A stretch of 64,000 bases of DNA from Clostridia bacterium (GTDB taxonomy: Bacteria > Bacillota > Clostridia > Oscillospirales > CAG-382), in the NCBI GenBank assembly GCA_017625615.1, contig JAGAKP010000015.1, forward strand, positions 15,146-79,145, read 5' to 3'. Under the pieces are notes generated by a model that was not told the DNA's origin, ran no database searches, and saw nothing but the letters and a program-made list of their open reading frames with translations. How positions within the stretch are numbered: position 1 is the stretch's first letter; each line of letters opens with the position of its first letter. Shown one piece after another: positions 36,034-43,642 of this stretch. Position numbers and translations under genes: made by a program.

Positions 36034-36593
36034 GCGCAGACCGAAACGCAAAAAAGACAAATAAAAGTAAGACGAGAGATTTAGTTTATCTCTCGTCTTT
36101 TGTTTTGTTCGGTTTTAGGTAGGAATTTGTAAAAACAAATTCCTTTTTAATTTTTTTGCGTTTCTATAAATTTTCAGTCGGGGGGCAGTACCTTTGTACA
36201 GCACCCCGCGCCTGAAAATTCATTCTGCTTTGTTTATACAGCTCCCTGCTTCAATCAGACTTTTAGTTATTACAGACATTAGTTTCGTGAGAGCGGTCGC
36301 GGCAGGAGCAAGCCCCTGCCCTACGAACACGCCGAAAGTTTTGCGAAAATAACGGCTACAATAACTCAAAGTCTGATTGAACGGCGCGATGGTAAAACGC
36401 TGTAGAAAATGTTTTTTACGAGTGGGGAGCTGTAGTATTCTACTGCCCCCCGAGTAAAAACATTTAGAAACGCAAAATAAAAAGAAACCCGTTTGCGGGT
36501 TTCTACCTTATAAACAAACAAAAATGCGAGAGATTATCTGAAACCTCTCTCATTTGTTATTACGTTTCACACGTCTTTGCGTTTCGATCTACA
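36034..36593. repeat. ~560-bp non-coding imperfect palindrome made of two inverted multi-hairpin units plus a central long hairpin
   Basis: The left unit (36034-36207) and the right unit (36423-36593, inverted) each contain a closing stem GAAACGCAAAA/TTTTGCGTTTC, hairpins A and B followed by T-runs, and hairpin C. A central stem pairs 36250-36271 with 36360-36381. No ORF of 60 aa or more lies within 36061-36553. Confidence 0.85.
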
Positions 36594-36609
36594 GTGCTTT
36601 TACCGAGCG

Positions 36610-37524
36610 CTACAGGAGCCACTGGAGGGCTGCGCCGAATAGCCCGCAGTCGCCTTTGAGTGGTGATATTACTACCTCTGCTTCGGGCAGGAGATGGGGG
36701 CGGAGGCGGGAGAGGAATCCCTCGCCCTCGTTGGTGATGCCGCCCGCGATGATGACCAGCTCGGGCATAAATATCTTCACTATGCTGTCAAGTGCAAGAG
36801 CGAAGTTTTCGAAATATTTATCAAGCAGAAGCTGTGCTATATTACAGCCCCTTTCAGCCGCAATAAAGGCGGTCCGTCCGTCTACGCCGCCGCGCTCCTC
36901 TGCCACAGCCGCAAGAATGGATGCGGGATGGAAGACCACTGCCTCTGCGGTGTTGGCGGTAAGCGCCTTTGCGGAGCAATACTGCTCAAAGCAGCCGTGA
37001 AGTCCGCAGGGACAAGGCTTGGGATCGTAAATATTGATAACGAAATGTCCCAATTCACCCGCTCTGCCGTTTTTACCCGTGAGCAGCTTTCCGTTGCATA
37101 TGATACCGCCGCCGATGCCGGTGCCTACGGTGATCATTACAACGTCCTTCTTGCCTCTTGCCACGCCCGCAAGATATTCGCCGATAACGGCGCAGTTTCC
37201 GTCGTTATCCAGCATTGCGGGGACACCCAAGGCATCGGAAATGCGCTGTGCCAAGGGCAGGTCGCGGAAAGGCAGATTGCCTGCGGTGATAACGATACCC
37301 TTTTCACGGTCGATCCTGCCCGCAGAGCCGATGCCCACGCGCTCGACAGGATAAAGCTCCATGATCTTTTTTGCGGCGGCAATAATATCCTCCACGATAG
37401 CGTCCTGACCTGCGGTCACGCGGGTGCGCACCGAGGTATCGTACACGATCTTTCTTTGTTCGCTGTCAACAACACCGAGCTTAACGCCCGTGCCGCCGAT
37501 ATCTATTCCCAAATAGTATGCCAT
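36610..37524 (-). CDS. ROK-family sugar kinase
   Basis: YLGIDIGGTGVK ATP motif and ROK zinc motif CPCGLHGCFEQY. Confidence 0.85.
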   Translation of the reverse strand: MAYYLGIDIGGTGVKLGVVDSEQRKIVYDTSVRTRVTAGQDAIVEDIIAAAKKIMELYPVERVGIGSAGRIDREKGIVITAGNLPFRDLPLAQRISDALGVPAMLDNDGNCAVIGEYLAGVARGKKDVVMITVGTGIGGGIICNGKLLTGKNGRAGELGHFVINIYDPKPCPCGLHGCFEQYCSAKALTANTAEAVVFHPASILAAVAEERGGVDGRTAFIAAERGCNIAQLLLDKYFENFALALDSIVKIFMPELVIIAGGITNEGEGFLSRLRPHLLPEAEVVISPLKGDCGLFGAALQWLL

Positions 37525-37529
37525 TTTTT

Positions 37530-38630
37530 CTAAACGATCCTTTCGCCGCCAAGGAAAACTGCGGCTATATCAAAGTTTTTATCCATTACCACTATATCTG
37601 CGCGCTTGCTCGTATCCAGTGAGCCGCGGGTGGTATCCCCGCAAGCCTTTGCAGGGTTGACGGATGCCATTACAGCCACCTCTGCAGGAGTGTATCCCAG
37701 AGAAAGCATATTTTTTACGCCGTCGTACAGAGTTTTGGTGCTTCCCGCAATGGTCTTGTTATCATCGGCAAGGCACAGACCGTCACGGACGTAACGCTTT
37801 CTGCCGTCAACGATATATTCGCCGTCGCCAAGTCCCGCAAACACGCCGCTGTCGCTTATCATAGTGATATTATCAATTCCCTTGCACCGAAGGGCAACCC
37901 TTATGGCGGCGGGAGAAACGTGGTAAAGATCACATATAAGCTCACAGCCCACGCCGTCCTCCGTCAAGGCAAAGCCGAGGACGCCCGGATCGCGGTGAGC
38001 AAAGGGGCGCATACCGTTATAGGTATGTGTAAGCCTCGTTGAGCCGAGGAAAAACGCCTTTTGCGCCTGTTCGTAGGTAGCGTCCGTATGCGCCATAGAA
38101 ACGGTTATGCCATTTTCGGCGCAGTATTTTACGGTTTCGTACCCGCCTTCAAGCTCCGGCGCCATAGACACTATCTTCACCATTCCCCCGCTTTCTCTTT
38201 GCATAGCGTCAATAAGAGAAATGTCGGGATTTTTTAGCTTGTGTCTGTTCATCGCACCGATGCGCGCGGGGTTTACGAAGGGTCCCTCCATGTGGATACC
38301 GAGGATCCTTTCGTCCTTTTGCCGCCCGATATTTCTTGCGGCGGCGCAAAGCTCATCGTATTCAAGGGTCCTCGTGGTGGCAAGCACCGCGGTAACGCCC
38401 AGCCTGCACAGCTTATCAAGCCCTGCGGAAAGGTCCTCATCGGGCGAGGAAAACTCCGTGCCGAAGCAGCCGTGGTTGTGGGTATCTATAAATCCGGGGA
38501 GAACGTAGCACCCCGTTGCGTCAAAGGTGTCCCCTTCCGAAAAATCAGTGATAACGCCGTTCTCGAAGCAGAGGTCCTTTGTTTTTAAGGTTTTATCCGA
38601 GCAGAACACTGCTCCGCCGATTATTTTCAT
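37530..38630 (-). CDS. nagA: N-acetylglucosamine-6-phosphate deacetylase
   Basis: LPGFIDTHNHG, HMEGPF and AHTDAT motifs of the NagA amidohydrolases. Confidence 0.85.
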   Translation of the reverse strand: MKIIGGAVFCSDKTLKTKDLCFENGVITDFSEGDTFDATGCYVLPGFIDTHNHGCFGTEFSSPDEDLSAGLDKLCRLGVTAVLATTRTLEYDELCAAARNIGRQKDERILGIHMEGPFVNPARIGAMNRHKLKNPDISLIDAMQRESGGMVKIVSMAPELEGGYETVKYCAENGITVSMAHTDATYEQAQKAFFLGSTRLTHTYNGMRPFAHRDPGVLGFALTEDGVGCELICDLYHVSPAAIRVALRCKGIDNITMISDSGVFAGLGDGEYIVDGRKRYVRDGLCLADDNKTIAGSTKTLYDGVKNMLSLGYTPAEVAVMASVNPAKACGDTTRGSLDTSKRADIVVMDKNFDIAAVFLGGERIV

Positions 38631-39481
38631 TTTCCCAGTTCCTTGAGCATAGCGACGAGATTATCGTGGCTTGCCTGAATTGCGGGAAGAGTATCCTCTA
38701 TTCCCTCAAACTCGATGGAATAGTATCCGTCATATCCCGTGGAAGCAATTACGTTAAGGCATTGGAAGGTAGGGTTATCGCCCTGACCGAAGATGGTGGC
38801 ACGGCGATAGTTTCCGCCACGGGTAAGTCCCCAGAAGGCGCCGGGGTTACGTGCCATACCGTCTCTGAAAAGGCTGTCCTTACAGTGAACGTGGCAAACA
38901 AGGTCGGAAAGTGCGGCGGTTGCGGTGGCGCAGTTTTCGTCAACGCCGCCGAAATTGCCGATATCGCAAAGGAAGCGGTAGTTTTTATGGTTTACAGCGC
39001 GGTATACCTTACGGATACGGTCGCTGTCCTGAAAAAGTCTGCCGTGGTTTTCACTGCAGGTGATAACGCCCTTGCTTTCGCCGTAGGAAGCAACCTCGCG
39101 GATAGCGGGAGCCATTATTTCGATAGCGGCTTCGATAGTCTTTTCACCCTCGTAGCCCTCGTAAAAGCCCCAAGCAACGTCGTGGCGCATCATAGTAACG
39201 CCGTTTGCCGCCGCTACGTCGATATGCTTCTTCACACGCTCGACCTCTTTTTCCGTGTCGGGAACGAGGAAGTTGGCTCCGGTGGTGTATATAGGTGCTT
39301 CAAGTCCCTTTTCGCGGATGTATTTGAAGATATGAGCGGCAAAATCGGGATCGAGATCGTTAAGCACGCACTCAAATCCGCTTGCGCCGATAGACGCCGC
39401 GTGGTCAACTGCGCCTTCCCAGGAAAGCGCGCCCGTATCAAGTAATCTGTGATAGCTCCAAGAGCTTACTGCTGTTTTCAT
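38627..39481 (-). CDS. Sugar phosphate isomerase/epimerase (xylose isomerase-like TIM barrel)
   Basis: AP-endonuclease-2/TIM-barrel pattern. The gene overlaps its neighbours by 4 nt at each end. Confidence 0.8.
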   Translation of the reverse strand: MKTAVSSWSYHRLLDTGALSWEGAVDHAASIGASGFECVLNDLDPDFAAHIFKYIREKGLEAPIYTTGANFLVPDTEKEVERVKKHIDVAAANGVTMMRHDVAWGFYEGYEGEKTIEAAIEIMAPAIREVASYGESKGVITCSENHGRLFQDSDRIRKVYRAVNHKNYRFLCDIGNFGGVDENCATATAALSDLVCHVHCKDSLFRDGMARNPGAFWGLTRGGNYRRATIFGQGDNPTFQCLNVIASTGYDGYYSIEFEGIEDTLPAIQASHDNLVAMLKELGK

Positions 39482-41334
39482 ATAATAACCTCTCTGCCTT
39501 CCTTACCGGAAAGATATATTGCATCCAGCATTTCCTGCATCTGGATAGCCTGCTCGATAGGATATCTTACCTCGCCGCCGTTAAGCATTTTGTCTGCAAA
39601 ATGGGAGATCTCGTCGGCGAAACGGTCGTTATCCAAAACCTTTATGCTGTCGGTGGACAGATAGCCCTCTCTCTCGCCGTAGATGGTGAGGGGACTGAGG
39701 GTCGCGCCTGCCTTGCTTCCGCATACCATAGTGTTGCTTCCGTCGGGAGCGTTTATTGCCCAGGTAGCCTCAAAGGCGAGCATTGCGCCGTTTTCAAAGT
39801 GGATGACGCCCATACCCGAATCCTCTACGTTAAACTGATTATCGGGACAAGGAGTGCCCTGCCACTTGGTAACGCCCTTGGTCTGGTAATCGCCTATCTT
39901 GGTGTTAACTATTGCGCTTACGCGGGTGGGCTTGGGAGTGCCCATAAGATACCAAGCCGCATCTATACCGTGGATACCGATATCGTAAACGGGGCCGCCG
40001 CCTGCGTGCTCAAGGTCGGTAAACCAGCCGGTGGGAGTGCCTCTGCGGCGGACGTATGCGGTCTTGCCGTAGTAAACGTCGCCTAATTCTCCTTTTTCGT
40101 AAAGTCCGCGTATGTACTGGTTAGCGTTGCCGAATCTGCCGGGAACAGCAAGCATAAAGCCGACGCCCGCTTCCTTTACAGCCTTTTCCATCTCTCTTGC
40201 CTCTGCGGCGCTTCTTGTCATAGGCTTTTCGCAAAGGATATGCTTGCCTGCCTTTGCGGCGGCGATACATACGGGTGCGTGGCCGTTGTTCCAGGTGCAG
40301 ATGTCAACAGCGTCGATCTCCGCTTCCTCGCACATTGCTTCTACGGAGGTGAAATAGGGTACGCCCAGCTTTTCTGCGGCGATACGTGCTCTTTCCTCGT
40401 TGATATCAGCAACCGCAACTACGCGCGCGTTGGTTATCTTGGAATATCCGATAGCGTGGCCGTTGGTGTAAATATTACCTGCGCCCACTACGCCCATACG
40501 GAGAACTGTCTGGGGATTGAGGGTGTTGAGGTACTCGATGCTCTGCTTTGCACATTCAAGACGGGAAAGTCCCATAGAGGGCTCGTCCTGCTCTACCACT
40601 ACCCACTTAACGCCGCTGTGTCTTGCGGCGCAGAGGAGCGCGTCCACGTCCTGCATACCCTTGCCGAGAGGACGGAATTCAAAGGCGCTTTCTTCTTCGG
40701 GTGCAGCATTGTCGTCAATACCGATGAGGTTGTACATTTTGCCTGCGTTGCCGGATTTATAGTAATCCTTAAGGTGGAGTACGGGAGTTCTGCCCTTGTA
40801 GGAGCGGAGGTATTTACCTACGTTTACCCCTGCAACAGCCGCCCAGCAGGTATCAAGCTCCAAGCCCAGTTCGGGAGCGGAGGAAAGGAATATATCAAGT
40901 CCGTACTCGCCGTCAACGGTCTTGAATTCGAAATCGTGATTATGATACTGAAGGGGCAGACCTGCATCTGCGCATATCCTTGCAAGGCGCTTTACGTCCT
41001 CAACGCACTGTGCAAATCCCTCGTTACCGGGACGGCGGTATTCCTCAAGATAAGGAACCACAACGTACTGTACGCCTACGGTTTTATAATCGTTAATAGT
41101 CTTTTCGGTGTCCGCAAGGAAATCTGCCAGAGGAACGTGGGCGGAAATGGGAACGAGTCCGACCTCGTCCAGATACGCCTTCATCTGTGCGGGCTCGATA
41201 CCGTAAAATCCTGCCAATTCTACACCGTCATAGCCCATTTCCTTTATGGCTTTGAGGGTGGAAGGAACGTCCTTCTCCATATCCGTTCTTACGGAATACA
41301 ACTGAAGTGCTACGGGAACTCTCATAATACTCAT
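39478..41334 (-). CDS. Fusion protein: TIM-barrel sugar phosphate isomerase/epimerase (N) plus Gfo/Idh/MocA oxidoreductase (C)
   Basis: The N-terminal ~270 aa carry VALQLYSVR...GYDGVELAG. The C-terminal ~340 aa carry the LRMGVVGAGNI Rossmann motif and an EKP motif (CEKPM). Confidence 0.8.
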   Translation of the reverse strand: MSIMRVPVALQLYSVRTDMEKDVPSTLKAIKEMGYDGVELAGFYGIEPAQMKAYLDEVGLVPISAHVPLADFLADTEKTINDYKTVGVQYVVVPYLEEYRRPGNEGFAQCVEDVKRLARICADAGLPLQYHNHDFEFKTVDGEYGLDIFLSSAPELGLELDTCWAAVAGVNVGKYLRSYKGRTPVLHLKDYYKSGNAGKMYNLIGIDDNAAPEEESAFEFRPLGKGMQDVDALLCAARHSGVKWVVVEQDEPSMGLSRLECAKQSIEYLNTLNPQTVLRMGVVGAGNIYTNGHAIGYSKITNARVVAVADINEERARIAAEKLGVPYFTSVEAMCEEAEIDAVDICTWNNGHAPVCIAAAKAGKHILCEKPMTRSAAEAREMEKAVKEAGVGFMLAVPGRFGNANQYIRGLYEKGELGDVYYGKTAYVRRRGTPTGWFTDLEHAGGGPVYDIGIHGIDAAWYLMGTPKPTRVSAIVNTKIGDYQTKGVTKWQGTPCPDNQFNVEDSGMGVIHFENGAMLAFEATWAINAPDGSNTMVCGSKAGATLSPLTIYGEREGYLSTDSIKVLDNDRFADEISHFADKMLNGGEVRYPIEQAIQMQEMLDAIYLSGKEGREVII

Positions 41335-41454
41335 TCTCCTTATATATTTGGTAAAAGTTGTTTGTATTTTTCAAGCAGAGTTTAACACAAAAGATATAAA
41401 AATACAATGGTTTTACGGTTTTTTATGTATTTTTATTTAGTGCAATATTAAGGC

Positions 41455-41483
41455 TTGCATACAGACGAAATTTATGGTAAAAT
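41455..41483 (+). promoter_or_regulatory. Candidate sigma-A promoter
   Basis: TTGCAT-17 nt-TAAAAT with TGn extension. Confidence 0.45.
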
Positions 41484-41515
41484 ACTACGTACCATAGGAA
41501 AAGGAGGCGGTAGTA

Positions 41516-42424
41516 TTGGGCAGAAAATATCCCGTTCTGAAGGCGATGCAAAAGGAGACCAAGCTTTTTAAGCTAATACTCAGCGGCGTTTTGCTGCTGC
41601 TTGCCGTTGCCGCCTTTGTTTTTGAGGGATGGCAGATAATCCCCCTTAAAAGGCCTGCAGTGGATATATATTCCGCTTCCCCTGCGGAATTGCGCGGACA
41701 AAAGGTGTCCGGCAAGGTAACACGCGTTGAGGGAGCTTATCTGGTGTATACCGACGCATACGGCAGATACGACTGTATGGAGTTTATAGTTGACCTTGGG
41801 GACGGAACCTATTGCGCCGTCCGCGCCGCAGACCTTAAGCTGATGAGACTTCACAGATCTATGGTCACGGGCAAGGAGGCAAAGCCCGAGGTGGTAATTG
41901 AGGGCGTTATGGAGAGGATGGACGAAACCTCGCAGACCTATTACCGCAGATTTGTAAAGCGGCAGTTGGGTGTTGAAAAACTGCCCGAGGAATATAATAT
42001 ATACATCGTTTTGGACGAGACCACCATCGATACGGACGTGGCTAAAATATACCGTTACCTTTGGGCATCCGCAGTGCTGACGGTGGCGGCGATCGCCGTT
42101 TTCGTGCTGGCAAACAATTATTCATCTGTAAGGGACGGCAAGAAAATAATACGCGCGGCGGCGGATAAAGAAAAAACGGCGGAGGCGCTGGCGGATTGCT
42201 GGCACACTGCCGAGGAGTTCTATTCCGTAAAGATAGACAGCCTTTTTGTCTGCTGGGTAAGAGGCGGCAGAGTCCGCGTGGTTGACAGAAGCGTGTTCAC
42301 CGATTTTTATATGCACCCGAGCAAAAGGAAGATAATATTCGTTTCGGAAAGCAAAAAGCGCAGTATGCCCGTAAAACCCTTCGCGGCGGATATAATCCTT
42401 AACGCGCTGAAGGAAAAAATGTAA
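41516..42424 (+). CDS. Hypothetical membrane protein
   Basis: TTG start after AAGGAGG. Two TM helices. No domain recognised. Confidence 0.55.
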   Translation: MGRKYPVLKAMQKETKLFKLILSGVLLLLAVAAFVFEGWQIIPLKRPAVDIYSASPAELRGQKVSGKVTRVEGAYLVYTDAYGRYDCMEFIVDLGDGTYCAVRAADLKLMRLHRSMVTGKEAKPEVVIEGVMERMDETSQTYYRRFVKRQLGVEKLPEEYNIYIVLDETTIDTDVAKIYRYLWASAVLTVAAIAVFVLANNYSSVRDGKKIIRAAADKEKTAEALADCWHTAEEFYSVKIDSLFVCWVRGGRVRVVDRSVFTDFYMHPSKRKIIFVSESKKRSMPVKPFAADIILNALKEKM

Positions 42425-42436
42425 AAAAACAAGCAA

Positions 42437-42466
42437 GGACGGAGAAAAATTTTCTCCGTCCTTTTT
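42437..42466 (+). terminator. Terminator hairpin of the GGACGGAG family
   Basis: GGACGGAGAAA-aat-TTTCTCCGTCC followed by TTTTT. Confidence 0.75.
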
Positions 42467-42602
42467 GTAACCTTTTGGGTATCTGCACGGTATTTTATAG
42501 GTAAGCAGCAGACTGCACAAAAAAGAAAGTTGATTTTCTATATAATACACGGTTTAAAAAAACGGAAAAATATGTTATAATTATATTAAGGAGGTAAGAA
42601 TT

Positions 42603-43523
42603 ATGAAAAAGTGTTTTTTACTTATGCTCTGTGCCGTTTTGGTTATTTCCGCATTTGCGGGCTGTGAAGAAGCGGAAGAAAGCAAAGCGGATATAAGCAC
42701 AAACGAAAGCCAAGCGGATATAAGCAAAAACGAAAGCCAAGCCGTATCTGCAGACGCTTCCGAGGAAATGAGTGAAACGTCGAAAGACGTATCAAAAGAG
42801 CCGGACTATGTTATCGTAGATTACCGCAATACACGGCAAATGTGGAACGATGCAATAGATACGTTTTATCGTGATGACACTTACGAATACTATTTCGGCG
42901 CATCACCGATGGTAAACTACGTAATTGTGGAGTATGCCGACGGGACTTCTCAAAATATAAGGGAAGCGTTGAAGGACGGCAAAATAACCATTGCAGACCT
43001 TGATAAATTCGGCATAGGCTACCTCAAAGAAGTTCACGAGGATGCAAAATGGGATTTTATGAAGCACCGTAACGTATACGTAGGCGGGCACGAGTTTGAA
43101 ACAGGTGATAAGACCTTCGAGCATTATGACCCTCAGGTGCCCTTTATGTTTGAACACTTCCCGCCCGACGAAATAAAAATACTGTTTCATTTGGAAATAT
43201 CAGTATTTGACGGAAAAAGCACAGGCACGGATGCAGATAAATTTATACCTCTGACAAACGAGCAAAAGGCCGAGTTTGAAGAATGGTATATAGCGCAAGG
43301 ATTCCCCTTCGTGAGTGCGACGCCGAAAGCAGATTCCCCCCGCGCAAAGGACACGGCGGTCTACCACGGCAATTTTTCGGATAAAGACCTTAAAGAGATT
43401 ATAAAAATGGCAGACGAAGCAGGTTTTCATATATACGTATGGTCTTACGGTAAGGATAAATGTAATTCCTACGTGTGCGAAACGGACTTGTATTTTAACG
43501 AGTGCGAATTTTGCAAAAAATAA
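42603..43523 (+). CDS. Lipoprotein with acidic repeat linker and Cys-rich C-terminal domain
   Basis: Lipobox FAGC. A 27-bp duplication encodes ADIS(T/K)NESQ. The C-terminus is paralogous to the 23173 protein. Confidence 0.6.
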   Translation: MKKCFLLMLCAVLVISAFAGCEEAEESKADISTNESQADISKNESQAVSADASEEMSETSKDVSKEPDYVIVDYRNTRQMWNDAIDTFYRDDTYEYYFGASPMVNYVIVEYADGTSQNIREALKDGKITIADLDKFGIGYLKEVHEDAKWDFMKHRNVYVGGHEFETGDKTFEHYDPQVPFMFEHFPPDEIKILFHLEISVFDGKSTGTDADKFIPLTNEQKAEFEEWYIAQGFPFVSATPKADSPRAKDTAVYHGNFSDKDLKEIIKMADEAGFHIYVWSYGKDKCNSYVCETDLYFNECEFCKK

Positions 43524-43534
43524 TAAAATTTTAA

Positions 43535-43562
43535 GGACGGAGAGTTTTCTCCGTCCTTTTTT
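43535..43562 (+). terminator. Terminator hairpin of the GGACGGAG family
   Basis: GGACGGAGA-gttt-TCTCCGTCC followed by TTTTTT. Confidence 0.75.
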
Positions 43563-43642
43563 GTCGGGGTCCCCGCGAAGCCGCAAGGCTTCGTGGGGTG
43601 ATTCTTCGGGGGCCCCAAAAATGCGGAGCATTTTAGGGGTGT
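43563..43642 (-). repeat. Intergenic mosaic module (CACCCC / GGGGACCCC boxes with two clamped hairpins)
   Basis: The minus strand reads ACACCCCTAAAATGC-tccg-GCATTTTTGGGG, then CCCCACGAAGCC-ttgc-GGCTTCGCGGGGACCCC. It starts directly after the ABC gene stop. Confidence 0.8.

Noticed and set aside
36034-36593. Calling the palindrome a MITE/IS remnant or a known large ncRNA (ROOL, GOLLD, OLE, raiA)
   Set aside because: I saw no target-site duplication or transposase. The arms differ by compensatory changes rather than being near-identical. I cannot match known RNA families from memory, so it is left as an unclassified structured repeat pending cmscan.
36554-37000. 148-aa plus-strand ORF starting inside the palindrome
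   Set aside because: Most of it is antisense to the ROK kinase gene. The product is Ser/Ala/Arg-rich, and there is no ribosome-binding site.
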